This document shows, piece after piece, positions 23,946-33,758 of a DNA stretch of 43,856 bases (within the stretch, counting starts at the first letter, position 1; every line of letters begins with the position of its first letter). The DNA comes from a virus (Duplodnaviria > Caudoviricetes). Position numbers and translations under genes: made by a program. Under the pieces are notes generated by a model, which saw only the letters and a list, made by a program, of their open reading frames with translations, had not been told where the DNA came from and did no database searches. The stretch is taken from positions 1 through 43,856 of the IMG/VR virus record IMGVR_UViG_3300049982_000052; one strand, written 5' to 3'.

Positions 23946-24119
23946 TCAGTCCTCCCTATCCGTCCAGACATTCAGGTACTCGTCTGGTTCGAAGTGGAAG
24001 ACGCGCTCAGCCTCGTCCACAATCTCGATGTCGACACGTTCCCAGGTGAAAGGATCCGCGTACGCGCTATCGTCCGGCGGTTCCACGAAGACGTAGTCGG
24101 CCATCTCGGTCTGCGCCAT
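23946..24119 (-). CDS. Small acidic hypothetical protein (57 aa)
   Basis: Manual translation MAQTEMADYVFVEPP...TDRED fills the gap between lysis genes. Confidence 0.45.
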   Translation of the reverse strand: MAQTEMADYVFVEPPDDSAYADPFTWERVDIEIVDEAERVFHFEPDEYLNVWTDRED

Positions 24120-24131
24120 GTCTCAAACCCC

Positions 24132-24521
24132 CTAGTCGTCGAGCTCGAGTCCTGCGGGGACAGGCGGCGGGTGCACTGTCGCGTCGGTGATCTGCTGGTC
24201 GATCCATTGCCGCAGGATGCGGATGTAGCGGACCGCGATCGTGGTCTGGGTGGCACGCCGCTCCAGTTCGGTGATGCGTGTGCGCAGGTTCGTGATCGTC
24301 GCCTGCAGGGCCTGGATCTCCTGGTCGTGGACCTGTTGCATCACGTTCAGGCGGCGCTCCAGGTTGCCGAGTGCCGCAGCTTCAACCTGCGCTCCGACCG
24401 TCTGCGCCGCCACCTGCCGCTGGGGTTTGCTGTCGCGCCGGTCGACGAAGTACTTCACCGCGGCCCACAGGGTGCCGCCGCCGAGAAGGAACGTCGCGAG
24501 GTACTGCAGGATCTGCTTCAC
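24132..24521 (-). CDS. Single-TM coiled-coil lysis-cassette membrane protein
   Basis: N-terminal TM (FLLGGGTLWAAV), coiled coil, C-terminal PPPVP. Confidence 0.7.
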   Translation of the reverse strand: MKQILQYLATFLLGGGTLWAAVKYFVDRRDSKPQRQVAAQTVGAQVEAAALGNLERRLNVMQQVHDQEIQALQATITNLRTRITELERRATQTTIAVRYIRILRQWIDQQITDATVHPPPVPAGLELDD

Positions 24522-24973
24522 AGGCGCACCGCCACCGTCAGGAGCCGGATCGCGCAGAACCCGGAGAACATGAACGCCAGGCAGGTGGGGAACAGCCCGT
24601 TCCATCCGGAGTTGCCGACCAGCGCCAAACCGTAGGTGAGCGACCCGAGACCAAGCAGCCGCAGACCGAACTTGTAGCAGGCCGGACGGGTCAGCTCGTA
24701 GCGGAGCGGCGCCTGCAGCCACCGGATCGAGGTCAGCCCGCACGCCATGAAGACGCAGCCGGCTATCAGGCACGTCGCCCACAGGTAGTAGCCCCAGTCC
24801 GGGAGAACGCTCTCCACCGCGGGCGAGTGGCTGGTGCGAGTGATGACCGCCAAGCCGGAGGTGCCACACAGGACCGCGATGAGCCATTCGCCGGGGCGGG
24901 CGATCAGGCTCGCGGGCAGGTGCTGTATCGCCCAACGCTGGAACGCTTCAGTCAGGTGTCGCAGTCTCGGCAT
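24518..24973 (-). CDS. Four-TM membrane protein (holin-like)
   Basis: Four hydrophobic segments; lysis cassette position. Confidence 0.7.
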   Translation of the reverse strand: MPRLRHLTEAFQRWAIQHLPASLIARPGEWLIAVLCGTSGLAVITRTSHSPAVESVLPDWGYYLWATCLIAGCVFMACGLTSIRWLQAPLRYELTRPACYKFGLRLLGLGSLTYGLALVGNSGWNGLFPTCLAFMFSGFCAIRLLTVAVRL

Positions 24974-25118
24974 CAGAACTACCTTCCCCAGGATGTGGCA
25001 GACGCCTGACGCCATATACCACGATGAACGCGTTCACTGCTCCCTCGAGCGCCAAGAGTCGCTCCTCGAGGGATGTGATGCGTGCTTGCAGTTCCTGGGT
25101 GGGCTGGGGCGAGTCCAC
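24948..25118 (-). CDS. Small coiled-coil protein (56 aa)
   Basis: AGGAGG RBS; MDSPQPTQELQARITSLEERLLALEG... Confidence 0.5.
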   Translation of the reverse strand: MDSPQPTQELQARITSLEERLLALEGAVNAFIVVYGVRRLPHPGEGSSDAETATPD

Positions 25119-25128
25119 CCTTCACCTC

Positions 25129-26046
25129 CTACGCGTGCCAAAGGTTGCCGATCGACACGCCTGTGCCGAAGTTCGAGGCGAACTGTGCTGCGACCTGGTG
25201 GTAACCGATCCCGTACGCGCCCTCGGCCGGGTTCCATGCCCGGTACGGCTTGACCACCTGGTTGCGGAGCCAGTCGCAGAACCGCGAGTAGTTCGAGCCC
25301 GAGTAGTTGAACCACGCCAGCGCGGGCATCGACGCCACGTCCGCGGGGTACTTTCCGTCGGGCTGCGAGGTCGCCCAGTACAGGCGGGACACGAAGAACC
25401 GGGCATTCACCAGTGCGTCGTGGTAGCTGATGTCGGCCCACGGCACCTTGTTCGTGGTGTCGTCCATCAACTCCCGCAGGCCGAACCCGCACGCCGCATG
25501 GTCGTGGTGGTCGTCGGTCTGCGACATCGTGAAGTGGAACGAGTTCGGGTAAGCGTCCACGTACCTCTTGATGATCGCCTTCGCCTGAGCGATTCCCTCC
25601 GGAGTCACCGGTGAGGTGGAACTCGAGCCCGTTCCGGCGAAGTCTCCCGGCAGGTCCTCGATGTGGTGCGTCACCGAACCTGTGACGCCGGGGGTGACGG
25701 GCGGGACCATCGCCATCGCGGCGAGAGCGGAGCGCGCCTCCCGGTTGCGGGCCGCGCCGACGTCTCCTGCCGTGAGGCGGGCGGCCGGCGCGGCTAGGGG
25801 GTACCCCTCACGGGCCGGGTTGTGGATGTACGGGTGGTCGCTGATCGTGCACGCCACGGCAGCGCCCGCGTCGGTGGATCCGTTGAGGGTGTACGCCACC
25901 CCAAGTGCACTGCCGTTAGTGATTGACACGAGGTGCACGTCGACGCCGTTGGCGATGTAGTACAGCATCGCCAGACCCATCGACAGCGTCTCGTCGTCCG
26001 GATGAGGCGAGTAGAAGAAGGCGCGCGCCATGGGGTCTCCGGTCAT
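25129..26046 (-). CDS. PIG-L/LmbE-family deacetylase
   Basis: PHPDDETL, V.LVSITNG, R.REA..AL and DDHHDH motifs. Start 26046 or 26031. Confidence 0.85.
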   Translation of the reverse strand: MTGDPMARAFFYSPHPDDETLSMGLAMLYYIANGVDVHLVSITNGSALGVAYTLNGSTDAGAAVACTISDHPYIHNPAREGYPLAAPAARLTAGDVGAARNREARSALAAMAMVPPVTPGVTGSVTHHIEDLPGDFAGTGSSSTSPVTPEGIAQAKAIIKRYVDAYPNSFHFTMSQTDDHHDHAACGFGLRELMDDTTNKVPWADISYHDALVNARFFVSRLYWATSQPDGKYPADVASMPALAWFNYSGSNYSRFCDWLRNQVVKPYRAWNPAEGAYGIGYHQVAAQFASNFGTGVSIGNLWHA

Positions 26047-26315
26047 GTCGGGTCGAAGCTCGCCGCGAACACGTCGGGCTTGTAGACGCTGAACTCCCCG
26101 CCGGAACCGCACACCACCCAGTCGTTGGGTGATGCGTTGAGGGGTCCGTTGAGGGTGTTGATCACCACGTACAGCGCGTCGGGGAACTGGGAGGTGTCGT
26201 AGTAGGCGAGCATCCCGCCGGCCTGGATCCAGTCCACGAGCTTGTTCGCGCCCGCGGCGGTGCCGTCCCACTGGCGGGCCTCGACCTCGATGGGTTTGGT
26301 CGTGTACTTGGCCAC
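26043..26315 (-). CDS. Conserved phage hypothetical protein
   Basis: KY..KP.EVEA.QW.G..I.TL.G...AS..DW...G..GEF...KPD.F pattern; AAGGAG RBS. Confidence 0.7.
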   Translation of the reverse strand: MAKYTTKPIEVEARQWDGTAAGANKLVDWIQAGGMLAYYDTSQFPDALYVVINTLNGPLNASPNDWVVCGSGGEFSVYKPDVFAASFDPT

Positions 26316-26326
26316 GGCTCTCCTTG

Positions 26327-27991
26327 TCAGAACGCCTTGCGCTTGAACTGTTTCGCTGAGGCGGCGGAGATCGCCTTGAACAGCGACCACGGCTCGGCGT
26401 CAAGGTCGATGGTCGCGGAGTTGTCGGACGAGTCGTAGTCGGTGTTGACGATCTGGCACACCGTGGACCCGTTGCGGGGACTGTTGTTCAGGGCATCCAC
26501 CGACGGGTTGATGCCCACCACCCGCGCGAGATAGGCGGGTTCGATCTGGTACGGGGCGACCTTGCAGCCGGTGAACAGGTCCACCACGTCGCGCTGCACC
26601 TTGATCTGGCCGCCGTTGCGGGGGAACCGGTGGTCGTTGAGGACCGTCTGGTTCGCGATCGCCGCGTTCGCCGCGTTCCCCGTGATGTCACCCAGATCCT
26701 GGAAGAACACCCTCGACCTGCCCACCGCGGTCATCTCCGGGATCGACTGGGTGGAGGAGGTGAAGCGCAGGTTGCCGGTCTGGGTCTTCCACCGGGTGAT
26801 GACCTGGTCGTACTGGTCGGTGGGCTGCGCCCCGCCCGAATGCTCGTCGGTCCAGATCAGGAACTCGTACCGGACAGTGTTGGTGCGCTGCAGCCACGTC
26901 AGGGAGTACTTGTCGTTGAGCGGGTTCGACGGCCCCACCAGATAGGTGCAGGAAGGCTCGTACTTCTGGAGCTCGTCCAGGATCCCCATCGGGGTCACGC
27001 CGTCAGGGAACACGAGGTGCTTGATGTCGTTCGACACCCCCGCGTCCAGCTGGGCGTTGGCGCCGTCGAACGTTCCCGCGAGGATCGACGGGTCCCCCAG
27101 GAGGTCCTCGATCACGTGGGTGGCCTTCACCGAGTCGTCCGTGGTGGCACCGGTTCTGCGGGTGCCGTCCTTCAGCCACAGGTACGCCACGACCGTGAGG
27201 TCCATGATGGAGGCCCACACGATGTCCGTGGTGCCGGTGTTGCTGGAGCCGCTGGTCCAGATCAGCTGCAGGTCAGCGGTGGTCGCGCCCGCGGCCCATG
27301 AGGGGCCGACGTACGCAGCAGAGACACCCGAGCCTGCGAGGTTCAGGATCAGGGTCCTCGCCACGGTGGAGGGCGGGGTGACGAGCAGACGCACCAGCCA
27401 CCCCGGAGAACCGGACGTGTGGCCGCCGTCGTAGGAGAAGTTGATCCTACCCAGCAGCTGGCCGGCCTCAGCGATCCTCGTGTAGAGAACCTCGCACCGG
27501 TAGTTCGCGTCCACGTGGGTTTCCTGCGGGAACGCCAGCGTCAGAGCGTCATCACCCGAGCCGCCCTTGTCGGTGTCGACACTGACCTCGGTCGCGGTGA
27601 GGGAGGTGGTGGCCTTGTTCCACGCGGTGAAGTCGGAGTCGCAGTAGATCCGCGGCCCGGTCCAGTCGTTCAACCGTTCCATGCCGCCGTCGACCTGCAC
27701 CTCGAGCAGCGCCCCGTCATCTGAGACGGAGCGTCCGGGGTGGGTGACGTCTCCTTCGAACACCACGTCACCGGACTGCATGTCCATGATGTAGATCCGC
27801 GAGTACGGCATGATGAGGTCGGTGCGGTACCCGAGCTTCTGGCTGACGACGAAGCTGGCGGCCTTGAACCCGCCCGGGTCGGACTTCTGGAACTTCACCC
27901 CGCCGTGCAGGAACCCGGTCACCATCTGGTCGACCCTGGCGTTGCTGACCCGCACCGCCAAGGGGACGGTGGCAACAGTCAGGCTGGTCAC
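26327..27991 (-). CDS. Minor tail protein (baseplate hub/Tal-like)
   Basis: 554 aa, second gene after the tape measure; PGGF..ASF N-terminal pattern. Confidence 0.75.
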   Translation of the reverse strand: MTSLTVATVPLAVRVSNARVDQMVTGFLHGGVKFQKSDPGGFKAASFVVSQKLGYRTDLIMPYSRIYIMDMQSGDVVFEGDVTHPGRSVSDDGALLEVQVDGGMERLNDWTGPRIYCDSDFTAWNKATTSLTATEVSVDTDKGGSGDDALTLAFPQETHVDANYRCEVLYTRIAEAGQLLGRINFSYDGGHTSGSPGWLVRLLVTPPSTVARTLILNLAGSGVSAAYVGPSWAAGATTADLQLIWTSGSSNTGTTDIVWASIMDLTVVAYLWLKDGTRRTGATTDDSVKATHVIEDLLGDPSILAGTFDGANAQLDAGVSNDIKHLVFPDGVTPMGILDELQKYEPSCTYLVGPSNPLNDKYSLTWLQRTNTVRYEFLIWTDEHSGGAQPTDQYDQVITRWKTQTGNLRFTSSTQSIPEMTAVGRSRVFFQDLGDITGNAANAAIANQTVLNDHRFPRNGGQIKVQRDVVDLFTGCKVAPYQIEPAYLARVVGINPSVDALNNSPRNGSTVCQIVNTDYDSSDNSATIDLDAEPWSLFKAISAASAKQFKRKAF

Positions 27992-29400
27992 GGCCGCACC
28001 GCCTCACGCCAACGGGGCCAGTAGTAGCACTGGATCGTCGTGGTGTTCGTGATCGCGTCCCCCGTACCGGTCACGTCGACGTTGCGCAGCATGTGGATCC
28101 GGTTCGTCTGCCCCGGGATCAACTCCGGGAACCCGCCGCCACCGACGATCTGCGGAGGCGACGCGATCGTCTGGATCGTGTCCAGCGCCGTATTGACGCC
28201 GTACACCGACCCGCCCTCCCGGGTCGTGCCGTCGATCGCATACGTCGTGTCCGTCGTCGGGAACCGGGTGATCAGGGTGCGGTCGTCGGCCGGCAGGAAG
28301 TACAGGCAGTCCACGTCCAGCGAACCTGTACCGGCGGTGCGGGTGGCCCAGAGCCCGATGAACGGCAGCAGCACCTTCAGGTCCGCGCCGCCGGCGTAGC
28401 CGTGTTTGACCGGGTCGGAGTACGGCGGCACCGGGACCTTCCCGAGGTCGACCCAGTACGGGTTGGTGACGTTCGCGATTGACTGCGCGTCGTTGAACAC
28501 CGCGGTGGCCGACGAGGACCCGTAGCCGAGTTGTACCGAGATGGTGTCGGTGCCGACAGTGAGAGCGCAACGGGCGTAGACCCGGTACTCGCCTCGCGCG
28601 TCGGCCACCGCGGTCCCGTTGTCGGGGAACGTGTCGCTCAACCGCAGCGTGTTGCCCGGCGTTCCGAAACCGATCCGGGACTTCGACCCGCCCGACATGG
28701 TGGCGTCAGCAGTGACCACCGCACCGGTGCCCTGGGTCATCGCCTCTGCCTGGATGACGTTCGAGTAGTTGCCCGGTGTTCCCCTGCGCCGCATCCCGAA
28801 GTGGGCCCACTTGTTCACCAGGCCACTGGGTGCACCACTGGCGCCGGTGGAAGTGGCCAGCATGAACAGCGGGGTCGGCACGTCCCCGGTCACACCGGTG
28901 ATGTCGAACCGGCACGGGTTCGTCCCCGCCGCCGGATCGTTCGACACTGTGAAGGTCCCGGCGTTCACCCTGGTCCCGAACGCGAACGGCTCCGCCTCGA
29001 GCTGCAGCGTGACCTTGGACTCGTGGGTCAGGGTCTTCATGACGTCCCACGCATAGTCCGGGTCCGCATACGTCCGGAAGAACACCGGCGTGGAACCGAA
29101 CTGGACCTTCAGGAAGTTGTCGACCGAGATCTGCAGCCCGAGGTTCTGGATCGCCGTCGCCGCAGCGTCCCGGTCGGCAGTGTTGACCCTCAGCGGGATG
29201 ATCAGCATCCGGTTCCCCGCCACCGAGTTGGTGGGGGTGGAGCCGTGCCTCAGTGAGTTGGCGGCGTAGCCCTTGGTGTACTTCGGGGGGTCGAGGCTGT
29301 ACCCGTCTGCCACCCAGATACCGGCGGACGCATTGTTGATGTCGAGGCTGACGGTGGGGGTCGCGGTGAGGAAGTCCGTCACGAACTGCCAGGTCGTCAC
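27988..29400 (-). CDS. Minor tail protein (distal tail, Dit-like, with an inserted CBM-like region)
   Basis: First gene after the tape measure; L.AEPFAFG, N.GDVP.P-like and L.PG.N...Y.PRW ends. Confidence 0.75.
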   Translation of the reverse strand: MTTWQFVTDFLTATPTVSLDINNASAGIWVADGYSLDPPKYTKGYAANSLRHGSTPTNSVAGNRMLIIPLRVNTADRDAAATAIQNLGLQISVDNFLKVQFGSTPVFFRTYADPDYAWDVMKTLTHESKVTLQLEAEPFAFGTRVNAGTFTVSNDPAAGTNPCRFDITGVTGDVPTPLFMLATSTGASGAPSGLVNKWAHFGMRRRGTPGNYSNVIQAEAMTQGTGAVVTADATMSGGSKSRIGFGTPGNTLRLSDTFPDNGTAVADARGEYRVYARCALTVGTDTISVQLGYGSSSATAVFNDAQSIANVTNPYWVDLGKVPVPPYSDPVKHGYAGGADLKVLLPFIGLWATRTAGTGSLDVDCLYFLPADDRTLITRFPTTDTTYAIDGTTREGGSVYGVNTALDTIQTIASPPQIVGGGGFPELIPGQTNRIHMLRNVDVTGTGDAITNTTTIQCYYWPRWREAVRP

Positions 29401-32376
29401 CTAGTACCCCCTTCCGAGAGCTGATCGCGCCATCTCGAGACTGACCTTGCGCCCGTCCAGTTGCACCTGCGGCGGGCTGTTCTGCATTGCTCCGGCGACG
29501 ACGATCCCGATCGCCTGGATGTCGTCTGGGTGGAGCCGTAGATGGTTCTCATGGGTCTCGTGGCTCTGGTGCGTGACATGCGCCTGGTGTGCCACGTGGC
29601 GCTGGTGCAGTTCGCTGCGGAGCCGTCGGCTCCAGTTGCGCATGTTGTTCGCTGGCTTGGCGGGGACCACCATCTCGTCCTTGTGCACCATCGCCAGCTG
29701 ATCGGCGAGGATCCGCCAGGCGCCGTCGGCGTACGAACCGATGCCGAGCTGGGCGACCAGGTCCTTGCCTTGGTACGCCTCTCCTCGGGGGTCGAGCAGG
29801 TCGAACGGCAGATCCCCGCCCTCGACCTTGCCGCCCTTGGCGAACCCCTTCACCTTGGCCCTGTTGGTGAACAGCCCGTCATAGGCGCCGCGGGCGCTGC
29901 CACCCACCCGGACACCGACACCCCCGGCGGACTCGAAGTTGACACCGTTGATCGTTGCCGCCGTGTGGCCGGGGTTGCCGTTGAACCAGCCCACCATGAA
30001 CCGTCCGGTGCCGGAGGCCATATCGGACCACGGCATGGAGCCCGTCGCCCCGAGGCGGTGATACGGGCTCCTGCCGCGGGAGACGTTGATAAGGGCGCTG
30101 ATGAACCCGGAGCAGTCGTAGCCCTTTGGTCCGACGCCGCCCCAAATGTAGGGCTTGCCGACTTGGGAGCGTCCCCACTTCATCGTTCCGAGAAGGCCGC
30201 CGAGTTCGTTCGCTATCGCCTGCGCGGCGGGGCGAACCATCGCCCGTGCGGACGCGGCAAGAGAGTTCGCGAACGGGCCAGGGTCCGGCGTGCGTGGATA
30301 GACTCCGACGTTCACAGCGCCGCCCTTGGCATAGCCGCGGAACTGGCTGCGCATCGACTCCATGGCCTGATGGCCACCGGCGTTGGCTACCTCCCGTGCG
30401 GTCCAGACGTGTTCACCGTTGGACAACATCGCCGGGATGGAGTCCGATGTTCCGGACCCCGCTCCGCGTACGGCGCCGCCAACCGCAAAGGCGTTCTTGA
30501 GGCGCGGGTCGTTCGCGTTCTTGTTGTTGATATTCGCAGCGTTCAGCTTCGCCGTGACTGTAATCTCTTGGTCGGTGATCCCGGCAAGCTTGTTGTTGAC
30601 GTTGTCGCGGAACTTGCCGAACTCGGTCGCAGCCGCCTTGAGCTTCGGGCCTAGATTTGGCACCCAGCCGAACGCCTTCGACGCTCCGGTCAGGATGTCG
30701 CCGACGAAGCCGAGGAACTTCCCGATCACGAATGCGATCGCGGCGCGGGCCGGCTCCTTGATCGCATTGAACCCGGCTGCGACGACACCGCCGAACTTCG
30801 TCGCCAGCCCCCACGCGGTGGTGAGCGCAACCCCGAAGCCCTTCAGGATCGGCTTCGCGTAGTAGTTCCACCACAGCGAGAAGACGCCGATGACGATGTC
30901 GATCGCGGCCTTGACCAGCGGCGCGAAGATCTGCGCTGCTGCCCTGATCCCATTGAACGCACCCTGCAGCACCTCGCGGAACTTGGCGCTGTGCTTGTAG
31001 GCGTAGATCAGTCCCGCGACCAGAGCGGCGATCCCGATCACGACCAGACCGATAGGGTTCGCCGACAGGACCACGTTGAGGATCGCCTGCGCCGCCGACC
31101 ACGCCTTGATCGCGAGACTCACGGCCTGGAACACGATGAGTCCGCCGGCGAGGATCGCGACAAACGGGACGAGGAAGTCCTTGTTCTTGGACAGGGCCGT
31201 TGCCAGCTCCACCACCTTCGGCACAACCTTGGCGCCGACGAACGACGCGAAGTCCTGCAGCCGTGGGAGGACTTCGGTCTTGAAGAACCCGAACACATCC
31301 TTCACCGCGGGCGCGAACGTAGTCACCAGGTTCCCCGCCAGCGTCGCCACGGTCGGAATGACTCGACTGGTGACGAACCCCGCGAACTCGAGCAGACGAG
31401 GGAGGATCTGGTCACGGAAGAACCCAGCGAACTGGACCAGCCGCGGGATCACGTTGGCCTGGATGAATCCACCGAAGTCGCGCAGCTTCGGGAGGACCTT
31501 CGCTGCGAACACGTCGGCGAACGCGGACACCTTCGGGACCACGGTGTCACCGACGAACGTCGCGAACCTGTCCACCACCGGCAGCAGGAACCCACCGAAC
31601 TGCTCGGACAGGTTCCCGGCGATCGTCTTCAGCCTGACCAACGGATCCGATGCAGCCGCAGCGGCGCCACCGAACTCCTTGCCGACCTCACCGAGAATGA
31701 TCTTCTGCGCATCGAGGGTCTTACCCGAATCGACCAGAGTCTTGATCTGGTCCTTCTGCTGCTGGGTGAACGACACGCCCACCTTCGACAGCGCCGTGAC
31801 GCCCTTCACCGGGTCGTTCAGCGCCTTGCCCAGCTGGATGTTCGCGGCCTTCAGCCCGTTGGCGTCGACGATGCCGCCGTTCATCGCCGCAGCCATGTCT
31901 ACAGCTGCCTGCGTGGCACGGTTGAAGACGTCGTTGCCCTTGCCGGTCTCGTTCCGGACGTTCGTGAACGTGGCCAGCAGGTTCTCGCCGGACTGGATCG
32001 CCTCGTCGTCGGCGCCGGTCTTGTTGCTGATCGCGGTCGCGAGATCACCGAGCTGGCCGGCGGTGATGCCCGCCACCCCGCCGGTGGACTTGATCACCGC
32101 GGCGCTGATCCGGCCGACCTTTGCCGACTCGCGCGCATCCTCGATGAACCCGGTGAGGAACTGTACGCCCTTGATCGCGGCGAACGCCCCCACGAACAGG
32201 CCGGCCGAATGCTTCACGATCCCGCCGAAGGCACCGTTGAACCCGACGCCGAAGCGGCCCGCGACCCGTGAGCCTTCCTTGCGGGTGTCGATCGAGGTGA
32301 GCTTCTTCTTCACCTCGGGACCGAAGCGATCCATGTCCGGCTTCACCGTCACGAAGACTTCCGCGAGTGAGGTCAC
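29401..32376 (-). CDS. Tape measure protein with a C-terminal NlpC/P60 domain
   Basis: 991 aa, Ala/Gly-rich with aromatic-periodic repeats; GSGTSDSIPAMLSNGE; GKPYIWGG..GYDCSG..GHT. Confidence 0.93.
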   Translation of the reverse strand: MTSLAEVFVTVKPDMDRFGPEVKKKLTSIDTRKEGSRVAGRFGVGFNGAFGGIVKHSAGLFVGAFAAIKGVQFLTGFIEDARESAKVGRISAAVIKSTGGVAGITAGQLGDLATAISNKTGADDEAIQSGENLLATFTNVRNETGKGNDVFNRATQAAVDMAAAMNGGIVDANGLKAANIQLGKALNDPVKGVTALSKVGVSFTQQQKDQIKTLVDSGKTLDAQKIILGEVGKEFGGAAAAASDPLVRLKTIAGNLSEQFGGFLLPVVDRFATFVGDTVVPKVSAFADVFAAKVLPKLRDFGGFIQANVIPRLVQFAGFFRDQILPRLLEFAGFVTSRVIPTVATLAGNLVTTFAPAVKDVFGFFKTEVLPRLQDFASFVGAKVVPKVVELATALSKNKDFLVPFVAILAGGLIVFQAVSLAIKAWSAAQAILNVVLSANPIGLVVIGIAALVAGLIYAYKHSAKFREVLQGAFNGIRAAAQIFAPLVKAAIDIVIGVFSLWWNYYAKPILKGFGVALTTAWGLATKFGGVVAAGFNAIKEPARAAIAFVIGKFLGFVGDILTGASKAFGWVPNLGPKLKAAATEFGKFRDNVNNKLAGITDQEITVTAKLNAANINNKNANDPRLKNAFAVGGAVRGAGSGTSDSIPAMLSNGEHVWTAREVANAGGHQAMESMRSQFRGYAKGGAVNVGVYPRTPDPGPFANSLAASARAMVRPAAQAIANELGGLLGTMKWGRSQVGKPYIWGGVGPKGYDCSGFISALINVSRGRSPYHRLGATGSMPWSDMASGTGRFMVGWFNGNPGHTAATINGVNFESAGGVGVRVGGSARGAYDGLFTNRAKVKGFAKGGKVEGGDLPFDLLDPRGEAYQGKDLVAQLGIGSYADGAWRILADQLAMVHKDEMVVPAKPANNMRNWSRRLRSELHQRHVAHQAHVTHQSHETHENHLRLHPDDIQAIGIVVAGAMQNSPPQVQLDGRKVSLEMARSALGRGY

Positions 32377-32725
32377 GGTCCGACCCCCAATGCGGCTAGA
32401 AGTTGAGCCTTTTCACGGTCGACCGGCTCCGGTTCGGACAGGAGCCACTCGTCGAACTTCTCGGTCAACTCGCCAGGAAGGAGCTCGCCGCCACCGGAGA
32501 TGACGGCGAGCTCGAGCGCCTGCGTGTGTTCGATCTGGATCGCGTAGACCACATCGCACAGATCGGGCAGGCTCAGCCCGTCTGCTGCCGGTAGACCGCC
32601 ATCGCGAGATCCGGGCGGCCCTGTGACTTCAAGCGGCGCACCACCTCGAGCGAGGATGAGTCGGCCGCGGAGATAGGAGCGGTTTGCTGCGGCCCAGCCG
32701 AGGAGTCGGAGGGCCGCGAAGTAGG
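32373..32725 (-). CDS. Tail assembly chaperone -1 frame extension (gpT-like)
   Basis: -1 frame reads PYFAALRLLGW..LSLPDLCDVVY..FDEWL from CGCCCTAC to a stop overlapping the TMP start. Confidence 0.7.
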
Positions 32726-33127
32726 GCGCTGCGACAGGATCGTCATGACCCGCTGGATGACACCGAACAGCTCAGCCGCATCGTCGGCGCGCTCCCTGGT
32801 GGCGTGGGCCTCGAACTCGTCCCAGCCGCCGTACACGGTCACCTGACTGGTCGCCTCCGGAGGGAGGCCGTTGGCTTCGTCGCGGGTGATCTCGCGGCCC
32901 TGGAACACGAACACGGGCTCGTCGGCGATGGCCTGGCGGAGCATGTCGTACATCGCCGCCATGCCCTCCATGTCGTCGGAGTCCAGCCCGGACTTCGCGG
33001 CGTGCGCGAACCGCATGAGCGGCATGAGGCCGATCTTGGTCGCGATCGCGAAGTCCTTGCCGAGGAACTCGACGCTGCGCACCTCCACCGGTTCGGGCGG
33101 TAGCTCCGCGACGATCTCGACCGGCAT
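32573..33127 (-). CDS. Tail assembly chaperone (gpG-like)
   Basis: Between major tail and tape measure; TGATG-coupled start. Confidence 0.8.
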   Translation of the reverse strand: MPVEIVAELPPEPVEVRSVEFLGKDFAIATKIGLMPLMRFAHAAKSGLDSDDMEGMAAMYDMLRQAIADEPVFVFQGREITRDEANGLPPEATSQVTVYGGWDEFEAHATRERADDAAELFGVIQRVMTILSQRPTSRPSDSSAGPQQTAPISAADSSSLEVVRRLKSQGRPDLAMAVYRQQTG

Positions 33128-33720
33128 CAGGCACCGAGCCGGGTGGCACCGGCGGAGTAGACCGAGAACACGGCCAGCGCCGACGGGACCTCGAAGTTGA
33201 AGGTGGCCGGCAGCACCGCGAACGCCGGGGCCTTCTGGAACTCCATCGACATGTCGCCGCCCTGGATGGCCTGCCGGATCACGATGCGCATCGTGCCGTC
33301 GGTCGACTCCCAGCCGAGCATGATCCGGACTTCGCTGCCGGGAGCAACGGGCTCGAACTTCGCCAGCGCGGTCGCACCGGTACCGGAGATCGGGGTGATG
33401 GCCCCGACGCCGCCGTTCAGCGCCCGCTTGATGTTGTGCAGGGTCACGCTCGCCATCGCGAACGCGAGACTGCCGGACCGCTCCGTGGTGGAGTACTTGA
33501 TCGGGTCGAAAAACTCTGCGACCGAGATCGGCTCGACCTTCGACCCGTAGGTGAAGTTCGAGCCTTCCTTCGTGGCGCCGGCGCTGATCCAGGCAGCCGG
33601 CCATGCGTCGGTGAAGATCGACCCGGCGACGGTGTTGGTCGGCTCGGTGCTGAGCAGCGGCGCGACGAACAAATATCCGGGGTCGGTGAGCAGGACGGGT
33701 ACTGCAGTGGAACCGGGCAT
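33127..33720 (-). CDS. Major tail protein
   Basis: PG.LFVAP..W...GAT.EG pattern; position before the chaperones. Confidence 0.85.
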   Translation of the reverse strand: MPGSTAVPVLLTDPGYLFVAPLLSTEPTNTVAGSIFTDAWPAAWISAGATKEGSNFTYGSKVEPISVAEFFDPIKYSTTERSGSLAFAMASVTLHNIKRALNGGVGAITPISGTGATALAKFEPVAPGSEVRIMLGWESTDGTMRIVIRQAIQGGDMSMEFQKAPAFAVLPATFNFEVPSALAVFSVYSAGATRLGA

Positions 33721-33758
33721 GTAACGGCCCTCCTAAGGGCGTCGTGGTGGGAGAGCCG

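Noticed and set aside
29542-32503. Long + strand ORFs (370, 426, 475 aa) opposite the tape measure
   Set aside because: Antisense shadow ORFs expected in high-GC coding DNA; no motifs.
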